DNA from: Anaeramoeba ignava BMAN
Taxonomy: Eukaryota; Protista; Anaeramoebae
Assembly: GCA_028826165.1 (NCBI GenBank)
Contig: JAPDFW010000096.1
Coordinates: 62,001 to 126,000 of the forward strand
DNA length: 64,000 nucleotides
Direction of reading: 5' to 3'
Shown here one piece after another: positions 27,010 to 42,259 of the stretch. The position numbers and the translations under genes were made by a program. Below the pieces are notes generated by a model. That model was given only the letters and a program-made list of their open reading frames with translations, did not search any database and was not told the DNA's origin. Numbering within the stretch: the first letter of the stretch is position 1; each line of letters opens with the position of its first letter.

Positions 27010-30000
27010 TTAATCGAGAACTGGGAAAAGAGCTTCAGTTGCAACACCACAATTATTCTCTTTTCTTGAGATTTTAATGTAACCATTATCACCCCAATAT
27101 TTAGACCAAGAATTTTTAATGAGCCAATAATCCTGGTCATTTTCAGTACCATAACCAATTAAAAGAACTGAATGAACAAGATCTTGAGTAGTATTTCCAC
27201 AACTTGAATCATAAAAGACTCCACTTGCATAGAATATCATGTTCTCAGTTACATCAATTGACACAGAGATGGATCCGTAAAGATATACTGCCTCTAATAC
27301 TGCTTCTTCATCTCCAGATGTGATATTGTGATAGTAAGCCATCTTCACTCCTTCGGATTTGTTCAAATAAGGCTCTTTGCAATATCCTGACCATCCTATA
27401 TATGGTCCATAAATGTCGTTAGGATATAATACTGAGTCTCGTGAGATGATTGAATCCCAAGCTGGAGCTGTATCTCCTCCATTACAACCTTTAAATTTTT
27501 TAATTTTTTAATTTTATAATTTTTAATTTTTAATTTTTATTTTTTTATTTTACCTTCATTTCCAAAATCCCAAGTGCAATCCATTAATTGATTTTCAGAG
27601 AATAATACTAAATTGTTATGTCTTAAAAAGTATGCAGTTTCAACTGATCCAATACCTTTTTAATTTAATTTTAAATTTTAATTTAATTTTCAAAATGAAT
27701 TTTAATTTTAAAATGAATTTAATTTTAATTTTAATTTTAATTTTAATTTAATTTCAAAATGAATTTTAATTTTAATTTTAATTTTAATTTTAATTTTAAT
27801 TTTAATTTTTAAATGAATTTTATAAATGAATTTTAATATTAAAATGAATTTTAATTTTATAAATGAATTTTAATTCTAATTTTAATTTTAATTTCAAAAT
27901 GAATTTCAAAATTAATTTTAATTTATAAATGAATTTTAATTTTAATTTTAATTTTAATTTTAAAATGAATTTTAATTTAAATTTAATTTCAAAATGAATT
28001 TTAATTTTAATTTTAATTTTAATTTTAATTTTAATTTAAATTTATAAATGAATTTTAATTTATAAATGAATTTTAATTTATAAATGAATTTTAATTTTAA
28101 AATGAATTTTAATTTTAATTTTAATTTATAAATGAATTTTAATTTATAAATGAATTTTAAAATGAATTTAATTTTACTTCCAAAAGCCCAACAACTTCCA
28201 CAACTATTTAAATAAAGAAAAAAAAAATAAAATTGAAATAAATTTAATAAGAATTAAAAATCAAAATGAAAAAAAATAATTTGAATTACAAGATCTGGTC
28301 TTTAACAAAAGAAACAGCACCATAATCTCTCCAATCGAAATTCTGAGGGAATTCAATACGAGAAGGAACAAAAGAACGTGCGAATTTTTTATGATAAGGA
28401 ACTTTAGGTTTATGATTATTCAAGAGAATTTGATTGATTTCTTCACGCGACCAATCAGCGAATTTATTGACTTTCATTTTATAAGTAGCGTGAGGATTTT
28501 CGAGATTGAATTGCTTGATTCTTTCTGCGTTTTCATTAAAAATATTGCGTCTTTTTTGACGCTCTTCTTGTGATTTATATTCTTTTGAATATTTCTCTGT
28601 AAATTCATTGAATTCATTGTTTGAATTTATTATTTCTTTATGTTTTCGTGGAAATATTATGTCCCATGATAAGAATCTTAATCCGTTTCCTGCTCGTCGT
28701 GTTTCTTTTGGTCCGGCACAAATTGTTGGTACTTCAAATGCACTTTCGTTTACTTGATTAGGTAAATATTGTAAATAATCAACAATGTATGTATCATAAT
28801 GAGAATCTCCAATTATATTGTATCCAAGCATACTTTTATTTCAAATTAAAATTCATTTAAAAATTAAAATTCATTTATAAATTAAAATTCATTTAAAAAT
28901 TAAAATTCATTTATAAATTAAAATTCATTTATAAATTAAAATTAAAATTCAATTAAAATTCAATTATAAATTTATAATTAAAATTAAAATTACAATTAAA
29001 ATTCATTTATAAATTAAAATTCATTTTGAAATTAAAATTAAAATTAAAATTAAAATTCATTTATAAAATTAAATTTAAAAATTAAAATTCATTTATAAAT
29101 TAAAATTCATTTAAAATTAAAATTAAAATTAAAATTAAAATTCAAAATTAAAATTCATTTAAAAATTAAAATTAAAATTAAAATTAAAATTAAAATTAAA
29201 ATTCATTTATAAATTAAAATTCATTTATAAATTAAAATTCATTTATAAATTATAATTAAAATTAAAATTAAAATTATAATTGAAATTAAATTCATTTATA
29301 AATTATAAATTAAAATTAAAATTAAAATTAAAATTAAAATTAAAATTCATTTATAAATTAAAATTAAAATTAAAATTCATTTATAAATTAAAATTCATTT
29401 ATAAATTATAAATTAAAATTAAAATTAAAATTAAAATTAAAATTCATTTATAAAATTAAAATTCATTTATAAAATTAAAATTTATAATTGAAATTAAAAT
29501 TAAAATTAAAATTCATTTATAAAATTAAAATTAAATTAAAATTAAAATTAAAATCAAAATTAAAATTAAAATTTAAAATTTTTACTGGAAACGAATTGGT
29601 CTCATAACTTCATCAGCTGTGCAATAATAACTGTAATAATTGATTTTACCTCCGATTGGTTCAATTAATGTGAAATTATAGACTTTATAACCTCTAACAA
29701 CAGTTATTCCTTGATAAGTGAAATTTGTTAAATCTGGAAGAAATTCAACTAAAGAATCAGGTTTTCCCATAAAAGTAGGTTCTAAACAAATTTGAGTATC
29801 ATTTGCAATAACAATTTCATAATGATAAATTTCTTCATTCAAAAGCCAAATATCAGTTGCAAGTCCTTCATAATAATCAATTCTTTGTTCTAATATCATT
29901 TAAAATAATAAAATTAAAATTAAATTTAAAATTAAAATTAAAATTAAAATTAAAATTAAAATTAAAATTAAAATTAAAATTAAAATTAAAATTAAAATTA

Positions 30001-30374
30001 AAATTAAAATTAAAATTAAAATTAAAATTAAAATTAAAATTAAAATTAAAATTAAAATTAAAATTAAAATTAAAATTAAAATTAAAATTAAAATTAAAAT
30101 TAAAATTAAATTAAAATTAAAATTAAAATTAAAATTAAAATTAAAATTAAAATTAAAATTAAAATTAAAAAATAATTTTCCTTTTTTTGCTTTTACTTTT
30201 TTCTGTATTGTTGTAATTGATAAAAATATCTTCTCTAACTCCTGTATCTGGATTTCCTCCTGTTGGAATTGAAAATAATACTTGAAGTTGATAAACATCT
30301 GGAAATGTTGGAGGTGTTGGATCACAAAATGCACTTAAAATAACAAAAATTAAAAGTAAAAAACTCAATTTCAT
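27010..30374 (-). CDS. Papain-family C1A cysteine protease, 26/29-kDa protease / CfaD type, multi-exon
   Basis: Signal peptide; long N-terminal extension (PPTFPDVY..IDYYEG); I29 prodomain (ERQKRRNIFNEN, VNKFADW); FDWRDYGAVSFVKDQIF|CGSCWAFGS on a 26-nt exon (about 28178-28203); GCNGG; LVHSVLLIGYG; WLIKNSWS. Confidence 0.92.
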
Positions 30375-30726
30375 TTTGTTTTAAAAAGAAAAAAAATGAT
30401 TTAAAAATGAAAAAAAATTTTTTTTGTTGTTTTTTGTTTTTTAAAAAAAAAATTGAAAATTTGAATTAATTTTTCTTTTGGAAAAGTAATAAAAAATTAT
30501 TAATCAATTCCAAAGAAAAAAAAGAAGAAAAGAAAAAGAAAAGAAAACCAAAAAAAAAAGAATTTGGTTTTTGAAACTAAAAAAAGCAAAAAAAAAAAGA
30601 AGAAAAGAATTCAAAAAACTTCACAAAAAAGAATGTGAAGTTTTTAAAAGAAAAAGAAAAAGAAAATTTGAAGTTTTTTGTTGAATCTTGACTAACTGAT
30701 TCATTAATGTTTTTCTTTTTGAATTA

Positions 30727-33700
30727 CTAGACTAATTTTCTTGAAAATATCATTGAAGAACAAATTTGTTCGTTTTCATTCAATGAGCAAAAAGATTGGA
30801 AGTTATTGTTGAAAAGATTTAAGGGATTAAAATGATAAAAAAGAACATTTAAAAAATCCCTCAAACTAATTAATTTTTTTCAATTTAAAATTATTATTAA
30901 AATTATATTAAATTTATTATTAAATTTATTATTAAATTTATTATTAAATTTATTATTAAATTTATTATTAAAAATATTATTAAATTTATTATTAAAATTA
31001 TTTTAAATTTATTTTTAAAAAATTTATTAAATTTATTAAATTTATTATTAAAATTATTATTAAATTTATTATTAAAATTATTATTAAAATTATTATTAAA
31101 ATTATTATTAAAATTATTATTAAAATTTATTATTAAAATTATTATTATTAAATTTATTATTAAAATTATTATTAAAATTATTATTAAATTTATTATTAAA
31201 TTTATTATTAAAATTATTATTAAAATTATTATTAAAATTATATTAAAATTTATATAAAAATATATTAAATTTATTAAAATTATTATTAAAATTATTATTA
31301 AATTTATTATTAAATTTATTATTAAATTTATTATTAAATTTATTATTATTAAATTTATTATTAAAATTATTATTAAATTTATTATTAAATTTATTAAAGT
31401 ATTATTAAATTTATTATTAAATTTATTATTAAATTTATTATTAAATTTATTATTAAATTTATTATTAAAATTATTATTAAATTTATTATTAAATTTATTA
31501 AATTATTAAAATTTATTATTAAATTTATTATTAAAATTATTAAATTTATTATTAAATCATTATTAAAAATTATTATTAAAATTATTATTAAAATTTATTA
31601 TTAAAATTATTATTAAAAATTATTATTAAAATTATTATTAAAATTATTATTATTAAAATTATTATTAAATTTATTATTAAAATTATTATTAAAATTATTA
31701 AAATTATTATTAAAAATTATTATTAAAATTATTATTAAAATTATTATTAAAATTATTAAAATTATTATTAAAATTATTATTAAATTTAAATTATTATTAA
31801 ATTTGTTATTAAAATTATTATTAAAATTATTATTAAAATTATTATATTTATTATTATATTTATTATTAAATTTATTATTAAATTATTATTAAATTTATTA
31901 TTAAAAATTATTATTAAATTTATTATTAAAATTATTATTAAAATTATTATTAAATTTATTTATTATTAAAATTATTATTAAAATTATTATTAAAAATTAT
32001 TAAAATTATTATTAAAAATTATTATTAAAAATTATTATTAAAATTATTATTAAAAATTATTATTAAAATTATTATTAAAAATTATTATTAAAAATTATTA
32101 TTAAAATTATTATTAAAAATTATTAAAAATTTATTATTAAATTTATTATTAAAATTATTTATAAATTTATTATTAAAATTATTATTAAAATTATTATTAT
32201 TAAATTATTATTAAAAATTATTATTAAAATTATTATTATTATTATTAAAAAATTAAAATTTATTATTAAATTATTATTAAAATTATTATTAAAAAATTAT
32301 TAAAAATTATTTATTAAAATTAAAATTATTATTAAATTTATTATTAAAATTGTTAAATTATTATTAAATTTATTATTAAATTTATTATTAAATTTATTAT
32401 TAAAATTATTATTAAATTTATTATTAAAATTATTATTAAATTTATTATTAAAATTATTATTATTAAAATTATTATTTAATTTATTATTAAAATTATTATT
32501 AAAATTATTATTAAAATTATTATTAAAATTATTATTAAAATTATTATTAAAATTATTATTAAATTTATTATTAAATTTATTAAATTATTATTAAAATTAT
32601 TATTAAAATTGTTATTAAAATTATTATTAAAATTATTATTAAATTTATTATTAAAATTATTATTAAAATTATTATTAAATTTATTATTAAATTTATTATT
32701 AAAATTATTATTAAAATTATTATTAAAATTATTATTAAAATTATTATTAAATTTATTATTAAAATTATTATTAAAATTATTATTAAATTAATTATAAAAA
32801 TTATTATTAAAATTATTATTAAAATTATTATTAAATTTATTTTTATTAAAGTTGTTTTAATGAGTTGTTTTTTTTTTAATTTGAAGTTACAAAAAATAAA
32901 AATTACCTAAAAGAAGAAACAAAGAGGAAAGAACTAAAGAAACCCCAAAGAAAAACGATTGAACTAAAAAACAAAAATAAAGATTTGATCGAATCCCCCC
33001 CATTATTTAAATATTTTGAATAACACTTGTCAACAAGATCGCTTTGAGATTTAAAATCAGTTTGAACAGGCAAATGTTTATCATTTTTTTTAAGTTGACA
33101 AAAAGTTGAATACAAATAATCCCACTTGCTCTTCACTTCTTGAATCTTTTCCAATAAAACATTTCTTTGATTACGAAGTTGATCTACTTGTGTTTCTAAA
33201 TCTGACTGAAGTTGTTTTTGTTTCTCTCGGAATTTTTGAGCATTTTTTCGATTAATTTCTAGTCTTCTTTGTCGTTTTTGTTCTTCTGTTAAATGTGAGA
33301 TGTGAGATTTCTTTCTTTTTTTATTTTTGCGTTTTTTTGATTTTGATTTTGATTTTGATTTTGATTTTGAATTTGATTTTGATTTTGATTTTGATTTTGA
33401 ATTTGAATTTGAATTTGAATTTAAATTTGATTTTGATTCTGATTTTAAATTTGATTCTGAATTTGATTCTGATTTTGAATTTGATTCTGATTCTGAATTC
33501 ACTTCCACTTTTGCATACTTCACTTCATTTCTTGATTCAATTAATTTTGACTCAGTTTCATTAGGCAAATTTTTTACATCTTCTAAATTGTTTCTTGTTG
33601 GACTTTTTTCTTCAATTCCTCGCAGTTTCTCAAAATTAAACGTTCGTGGACTATTTTGTTTTATGTCCGAAATTCGATTGAGTTCTTCGTTTAAAGTATC

Positions 33701-33850
33701 TTTGTGAAATTCTAGAATTTCATCGTGTTCTAATGGAAAAAATGAATCTCGATATGAGTTTAGATCACTTAAATTCCCAAAGAAAGGATCACTATCATCA
33801 CAATGAAAAAAAGGAATGTCTCCAATTTCTGGGAAAGAAATCATGTCCAT
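30727..33850 (-). CDS. bZIP transcription factor with a C-terminal transmembrane segment; probable second exon 30865-30727
   Basis: Basic region and leucine zipper EEQKRQRRLEINRKNAQKFREKQKQLQSDLETQVDQL; hydrophobic SLFLFFSSIVFLWGFFSSFLFV; donor AG|GTAATT at about 32906 splices in frame to an acceptor at about 30866, ending in TAG at 30727. Confidence 0.75.
30885..32850. repeat. (TTATTATTAAA[A/T])n satellite, probably intronic in the bZIP gene
   Basis: Directly visible. Confidence 0.95.
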
Positions 33851-34128
33851 CCCACTAAAAAAAAAGAAAAAAAAAAGAAAGAAAGAAAAAAAAAAATTAA
33901 AAAGATAAAAAAAATGAAAAATGAAAAATAAAAAATGAAAAAAAAAAAAATTTTTTTGCTTTTCATTTTATTCAAGATTTAATCAAAAAAAGAAAATTAA
34001 TAATATTTGAGCATAAAAATTTATTTTATATCGAATTTTTAAAAATATCAAAATTAAAAAATTAAGAAAAAAAAAACGGAAAAAAAAATGTCAAAAAAAA
34101 ATTGGAAAATTGAAAAAAATTGAAAAAA

Positions 34129-37100
34129 TTAAAAATTTCCAGTTGCGACATTATAAGTAGCAAGACCGAAACAAAACAAAGACCAACCAAGAATCAACCA
34201 AACCCAAAAATCATGTTTAAAAGGGGTTTTGTGAATATTTTCTGGATGAGAATGACCAAGAATCTTTTTGAGTTTTCTGCGAGAAGCCCACAATAGCAAA
34301 GAAGGAATTGGGAACATGATAATAAGACCAGCATAATTGCCGGTAAGATTGACAAGAAAACCGATATTTCTTGTTGAAAAAGCGATGATAATTGGGGGGA
34401 TTGCAGCGGCAAGAGCAAAAAAGGGGCGAACCCAAGATTTGCATTTGAATCTGCGAGTCACAATGATTTCAATATTAAATTTCAACGTAATTGCCATCAT
34501 TGGGAAATTTGTCGTTAAGGTAAAAACTGGGAAAAGAGCAAGAAAATTTGCAAAGAATCTGATGTGATAAGATGAGAAATTTAATGTGATCAACGGCTGG
34601 ATTTTGCATGGCGGTCCGGGATCTGATCCGCACTTGGATTTCGTGACATCTCCAAAAGAAAGAACAGCAAATAAAGCAAGCAAAATGTAAATCAATGTGA
34701 TCACAATGAAATCAACAAGAACATAAGTGTTGATTTTCCTTTTGTTTCGAACTGGAGATATCAATCCTGAAATACTATGATGGCACATCATTGAGAAAAT
34801 CGATGCTCCAAAAAGATTTGGCAATCCACCAACACTGAACCACTTGAGATTTTTTGGATCGGCGCCTTTTCCGTCTGAAATGTATGTGATCAATAAAACA
34901 ATCATCGTGAAAATGCATACATTTCGAAGTGACATTGTGAAAAGCTGAAGAATTTTCGTGTTTTGAAATCGGAAAAATGCCCATGGAATCGTCACAAGTG
35001 CAAAAATTGTGAGGTATAAATAGTACGAATTATATTCCGAAAAATGCAATTTTCCCATTGAAAAAGAAGAAATCACTCTTGACAGTGTTGTTGGTACAGA
35101 AACGGAGTAAATTGAAAGGCATCCGTACAGATACAACACAAGTGCAATGTAAAAAATAATCACTCCCGTTTTGCCAAGAAATAATTCTGATAAATATCCC
35201 ATTTCTAGTCTTTTTGTGATCGAAAACTCCGAGTCTTCGTATTTTTTCAGTTTTTGCTTTTCTTCTCCAAGAAGTTCTTCTTCTTGATTTTCCTTTTTAT
35301 TTTTTGAGCTGTCACTTTCCATATCTTCTTTTGTGATTTTGCTGTTGTTTGGTTCAATTAACCGTTGCGTTTCTGAATTTTCGCTGTCTGTTTCGTCTTC
35401 AATGGTTTTCTCCTTTTTTCCGCTATTTCCACTGTTGATCGTGTTTTCTTCTTGTTTTTCTTCCTTTTCTAAGTGTTTGGCTATTGCGTTTCCTGATGCT
35501 TGCACTTCTACCATATATGTCACTGTGATATATGAAAGGAATGATACAAAAACCATGAAAATTGGTGCTAAAATAAGTCCTGATTTTTGGAATCCAACTG
35601 GGATTGTTAAAATTCCAGCACCAATCTAAATTTTAATTTTTTAATTTTTTGATTTTGATTTTAATTTTAATTTTGATTTTGATTTTGATTTAGATTTAGA
35701 TTTTGATTTTGATTTTAATTTTAATATTGATTTTAATTTTGATTTTGATTTAGATTTAGAATTTGAATTAGATTTAGATTTTGATTTAGATTTAGATTTT
35801 GATTTTGATTTTGATTTTGATTTTGATTTTGATTTTAATTTTGATTTTGAATTTGATTTTGAATTTAATTTTGATTTTGATTTTGATTTTGATTTTAATT
35901 TTGATTTTAATTTTGATTTTGGTTTAGATTTTGATTTTGATTTTGATTTTATTTTTGATTTTGATTTTGATTTTGATTTTGATTTTAATTTAGATTTTGA
36001 ATTTAATTTTGATTTTCATTTTCATTTTGAATTTTGATTTTAATTTTAATTTTGATTTTGATTTTGAATTTGATTTTGATTTTGATTTTGAATTTGATTT
36101 TGATTTTGAATTTGATTTTGAATTTGAATTTTGAATTTGAATTTAATTTTGATTTTGATTTTGATTTTGATTTTGATTTTGATTTTGATTTTGATTTTGA
36201 TTTTGATTTTGATTTTGATTTTAATTTTGATTTTGATTTTGATTTGATTTTGAATTTGAATTTTGATTTTGAATTTGAATTTGATTTTAATTTTAATTTT
36301 GAATTTGATTTTTAATTTTGATTTTGATTTTAATTTTAAATTTTGATTTTGATTTTAATTTTAATTTTGATTTTGATTTTGATTTTGATTTAGATTTTGA
36401 TTTTATTTTTGATTTTGGTTTTGATTTTGATTTTGATTTTGATTTTAATTTTAATTTTAATTTTGATTTTAATTTTGATTTAGATTTTATTTTTTATTTT
36501 GATTTTGATTTTGATTTTGATTTTGATTTTGATTTAGATTCAGATTTAGATTTTAATTTTATTTTAGATTTAGATTTAGATTTAGATTTTGATTTTGATT
36601 TTGATTTTGATTTTAATTTTATTTTTGATTTTGATTTTGATTTTGATTTTGATTTTGATTTTGATTTTAATTTTAAATTTTGATTTTTATTTTGATTTTG
36701 ATTTTGATTTTGATTTTGAATTTGATTTTAATTTTGATTTTGATTTTGATTTTGATATTGAATTTGAATTTAATTTTGAATTTGAATTTGAATTTGAATT
36801 TGATTTTGATTTTAAAAAGAAAATCCCGAATTTTATTTAAAAGTAAAAGGACTAAATTTATATTAAAAAAAAAAAATTTTTTTAAAATATAAAAATTTAC
36901 TTACAATCATATTAAAAAAATAAGTGAGAGTTGTCCACTAAATTAATTTAATTGAAAAAGAAAAAAAAAATTTTTTTATAAAATAAAAATAAGTTAAAAT
37001 TTAATTTAGAAAAAATGAGAAGGTTTTTGAAGGTTTTTGAAGGTTTTTTTTTTGATTATTAAATTGAATTAATTTTCTTTACTTTTCCATAAGTTACTCC

Positions 37101-37178
37101 AATTTTTGTATCTTCTCTAATTCTATCATTTGTTTTATCTTGATTTAAATTTGAATCATTTTCGTTTGAGTTTTCCAT
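34129..37178 (-). CDS. TMEM104: TMEM104-like (AAAP/SLC38 family) amino-acid transporter, 3 exons
   Basis: Exons 37178-37083, a 33-nt exon 36937-36905, and 35625-34129, giving TYGK|WTTLTYFFNMI|IGAGILTIP; EMGYLSELFLG, YLYGCLSIY, MMCHHSI, FPVFTLTTNFP and TPFKHDFWV resemble TMEM104. Confidence 0.8.
35630..36812. repeat. Intronic (GATTTT)n microsatellite
   Basis: Directly visible. Confidence 0.95.
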
Positions 37179-37559
37179 AATAAATAAATTTTAATTTTTG
37201 TGATTTTAAATAAAAAAAATGATTTTAAATTTTATTAATTAAAAAGAAAATTTTATTATTGATTAAGTTTGTTAGTTAAAATTTTAACAGTTTGTATTGG
37301 ATATTTTAAAATCAAAAAAATGAAAAAAAATAAAAAAAAAAGAAGAGAAAATGAAATTAAAAAAAATGGATGTTTTTTTTGTTTTTTGTTTTTTTTGTTT
37401 TTTTTGTTTTTTGTCGTTTGCAGTAAACTTAAAATCGATCAAAAAGTTTTCTAAAATTATCAAATCAATCCTAAATCTTATTTAAACTTAAAACAAATTC
37501 ATTTTTTAATTTTTAAAATAAAATGAACGTTAACAAAACAAGAAAATTATTTGCCATTC

Positions 37560-38145
37560 CATTTTATATTTAGATTTAGATTTAGATTTATATTTATATT
37601 TATAATTATATTTATATTTATATTTATATTTATATTTATATTTATATTTATATTTATATTTAGATTTATAATTATATTTATATTTATATTTATATTTATA
37701 TTTATATTTATATTTATATTTATATTTATATTTATATTTATATTTATATTTATATTTATATTTATATTTATATTTATATTTATATTTATATTTTGATTTA
37801 TATTTTAAATATTTATATTTATATTTAGATTTAGATTTAGATTTATATTTATATTTATATTTATATTTATAATTAGATTTATATTTATATTTATATTTAT
37901 ATTTTATTTATATTTATATTTATATTTTATATTTATATTTATATTTATATTTATATTTATATTTATATTTATATTTTGATTTATATTTTAAATATTTATA
38001 TTTATATTTATATTTATATTTATATTTATATTTTGATTTATATTTTAAATATTTATATTTATATTTATATTTATATTTATATTTATATTTAGATTTATAT
38101 TTATATTTATATTTACATTTACATTTCTATTTATATTTATAATTT
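37560..38145. repeat. Intergenic (ATATTT)n microsatellite
   Basis: Directly visible. Confidence 0.95.
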
Positions 38146-38267
38146 AATTTGATTTTAATTGGAATTTAATTGGAATTTAAATGGAAATTTTTTTGAAAAG
38201 AAAAAAAATTTGTTTCATTTTTTCATTTTTTCATTTTTTCATTTTTATTTTTTAATATTTTTATAAA

Positions 38268-41200
38268 ATGACAACTCAAGTTCCCCATCTTTTTGTGATA
38301 GGTTTGAAAAACAAAAAGAACAAAATTTAAGAATTCTCCATTTATTTTAATTCATTTTCATTTTAATTTTCATTTTAATTTTAATTTTTTAGTTCATGAA
38401 TTATTTCTTCAAGAATTTTATCCAACAGATAAATTCTATTGTACTTTAAAGCTAGATAAAAACACTTTGAAAACAAATCTGCAACACGAACAATGGGAAG
38501 AAGAGTTTATTTTCTTAACCAAAAAAAGTTCCAAAAAAATAACGATTCAAGTTTATTTTGTTGAACAAAATTCAAAAAAAGGAAAATTTTTTGGTCAAAC
38601 TCAAATTATGTTATCAAGTTTAGCAAGTGAAAAACCTGTGAATGATTACTTCCAATTAACAACTCTTGAAAAACCGCCAACAAAATGTGGGAGATTAAAG
38701 CTTACTTTACATCATGTTTTTTCTCCTGTAAAAATTAAAATTCATTTTATAATTAAAATTAAAATTAAAATTAAAATTAAAATTAAAATTAAAATTCATT
38801 TATAAAATTAAAATTAAAATTAAAATTAAAATTAAAATTAAAATCAAAATTAAAATTAAAATTAAAATTAAAATTAAAATTAAAATTAAAATTAAAATTA
38901 AAATTAAAATTAAAATTAAAATTAAAATTAAAATTAAAATTAAAATTAAAATTAAAATTAAAATTAAAATTAAAATTAAAATTAAAATTAAAATTAAAAT
39001 TAAAATTAAAATTAAAATTAAAATTAAAATTAAAATCAAAAATAAAATTAAAATCTAAATTAAAATTAAAATTAAAATTAAAAAATAGTATCCTTTACCT
39101 GATTTAAAAATTGAAGCTCAATGGAGATTAATTTTCCCAGAATTTTTTGAAGTAAAAACTGTTTATTAATTTATTTATTAATTAATTAATTAATTTATTC
39201 ATTAATTTATTAATTTAATTCTAAAAACAAATTATTTAATCAAATTTTTATTTTCCATTTCAAAGTTAATTGCATCTGATAATTATGAATTATTAAATAT
39301 TCTTATTGAAGTCTCAAATGCATCAGAAAATACACAATTAGCATCTATAATCGTTTCTGTTCTTAATTCTGATGAAGAAGTATTAAAACTTACTAAACAA
39401 ATGATTGTGAAAGAAGTCAATTTAACAAGTATTTTATTTGAATGAAAAAAAAATGTTTATTAAATTTTATTATCAAAACAAAATCATCATTTGTTTATTT
39501 CTTCTAAATAAATGAATAGATACAAGTGATCAATTATTCAGAACAAATAGTATTACAACAAAAATTATGAAAGAGTTTGCATTTATTCGAGGAAGACAAT
39601 TTCTTATCAACACACTTCATTCAGTTATTAATGATTTAGGAAAACTTGATAAAGAAGTGAAAGTGTGTTTAAATTGAATTTTAATTTTAAATTGAATTTT
39701 AATTTTTGAATTGAATTTTAATTTAATTTTTAATCTATTAATGAAAAACAAAATAGATTGATCCAACACTTCAAGATGAAAAAGAATTGCAAGAAAATAC
39801 TGTTATTGTTAAGGAAAAAACAACATATATTTTGGAGAATATTTTTAAATCAATATCAAAGATGCCACGGTAAAAAACAAAAACCAAGATAAATAGTTAA
39901 TAATTTATAATAATTCATAATAATTTATTATAATATAATGAATAAAACTACAAACAAAAAGAGTTTTGAAAGTAATGTCTTTATATATCAAGAATGCAGT
40001 TGATGAAAAATTTGAAGGATTTGGATCGCAAATTGTAGCAGGATTTATTTTCTTGAGATTTTTTTGTGCAGCAATTTCTGCACCAGAAATATATGGAATA
40101 ATTGATCAAATGCCATCAACACTTATGCGCAAAAACTTGGTTTTTTTAACTAAAATTATTCAAACGTTGGCTAATCATGTTAATATTGAAGAAAGAGATT
40201 CAAGAATAAAAATTCTTAAGGATTATTTTGCTCAAATGACTCCTTTAATAGATCAAGTATAAAAAAAACAAAAAGAAATTTAATTTAAAAATCAAATATT
40301 AAAAAAAAAATTTATTATTGTTTATTTATTAAGTTTCTGGAATCTGTTTGTAAAGTTGAAGATGTAGAATATTCTGATGAAATTCAGGTTCCTGAACTCA
40401 CTGATTTTAATAGTTTAATTGATCTTCATCAAATATTTGAAGAAAATATTGATAAAATCGATGCTGTATTAAGTCCTAATTTTGAACAAATTGATTTAGA
40501 GGATAATAACAATAATAACAATAGTAATAATAATAATATTAATACAAATCAACAAAAATCAGAGGCTTTAAAGAAGGTAATATAAATATTCTTATAAATA
40601 TTTTATTATTTAAAATATTTTAATATTTTGATTATTTAAAATATTTTGATTAGAATATCTCTCTTAAATCGTTTCTTGGCTCAGAAGATAAAGTTACAAC
40701 ACTAGCAATGCTAATTAATGAATTTGGAACACCACCTAAAAAAGCTGTCAAAAATCTACATTCAATTCCTAACAATTTAATTCTACGCAAAAAAGCATTA
40801 GCAATTACACAAATGGGATCACACGATGATGAAGATGAATCATGCAAAATTCTCAATTTAGAAGCAGTTCCATTTGCAAATCCACGGGATCCAAACATAA
40901 TTGCAGAAGAATTAGTCACACAAATCCATGAATTATATTTTCGGCATTTAAAAATGGATCCAAAAGAAGAAATACAACAAAAACAACCCGAAACAAAGGG
41001 AAGACAACTTTTATTTCCCGAATGTAATTGGGAGGATCTGAAAAACGATCCACAATATATCGAAATGAAAAAAACAAGTCTTGGGGAATTGAAAAGCATT
41101 ATGCCACAAAATTTGGATAAAACAAAAAGAGTTGCATTTTGGCTAAATATTCACAATTTAATGCTGATAAATGCTTTTGTTGAAAACGAAGGGCCGCCGT

Positions 41201-42259
41201 TAGTAATGTGGGAAATGAATCGTTTTGTCACTTCAAATAAATATAAAGTTGGAAATCTTTCTTATTCTATTGATGATATTGCTCAAGGTATTTTACGTGC
41301 AAATCCAAAAAACTTTTTTGGTGCTCGTTACTTCAAACGCAATGATATTCGTCGCCATGATTGTCTCTCTACTTTTTCTCCTATTCTTCTTTTTGGTATT
41401 ACTTCTTTCCAATTATCAGCTCCTCAATTGTTTGTTTTTAAACCTGATAATATTGAATTACAATTATATAGAGCTGCTCAAATATTTATTGAATCTTCAG
41501 TTCAATTAAAAGATAGTACAATGGATCCTATTGTAAAAACCAAAATCTAAATTAAAATTAAAATCAAAAATCAAAATCAAAATTAAAATTAAAATCAAAA
41601 TTAAAATCAAAATTAAAATCAAAATTAAAATCAAAATTCATTTACAAAATTAAAATTAAAATTAAAATTAAAATAAAAATCAAAATAAAAATCAAAATTA
41701 AAATCAAAATCTAAATCAAAATTAAAATAAAAATCAAAATTAAAATTAAAATTAAAATTAAAATTAAAATTAAAATCAAAATTAAAATTAAAATTAAAAT
41801 TAAAATCAAAAATTTAAATTAAAATTAAAATTAAAATCAAAATTAAAATCAAAATTAAAATCAAAATTAAAATCAAAATTAAAATTAAAATCAAAATTTA
41901 AATTAAAATTAAAATTTAAATTTAAAATTAAAATTAAAATCAAAATCAAAAATTAAAATTAAAATTAAAATTAAAATTAAAATTAAAATTAAAATTAGAT
42001 TTGGCTTCCCACTTGGTTCAAATATTATAAATCGGAATTTGGGAAAAATGATTTTGATGTTGTAAACTTTATTGTTGAAAACCTTAAAATAATGCAAAGT
42101 GATCTTTTCGTCAAAATTCGAAATTTAACAGTTCTTGATTATTCCGTTAATTATAAAAATATTCGCCTTTATCCAAAAAATGAACCACTTTTTGATTCTT
42201 CATCATTAAAAAAAATTGAAAAACTTGAAATTCCATTGATATTCTCAAAAAAAAAATGA
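38268..42259 (+). CDS. C2 domain + RasGAP + DUF547-like protein, multi-exon
   Basis: C2 (WEEEFIF..FFGQTQI..GRLKLTL); RasGAP arginine finger QLFRTNSITTK, E|IDP and GFIFLRFFCAAISAP..LTKIIQTLAN; DUF547-like AFWLNIHNLMLI..YKVGNLSYSIDDIAQGILRAN; TGA at 42257-42259. Confidence 0.85.
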
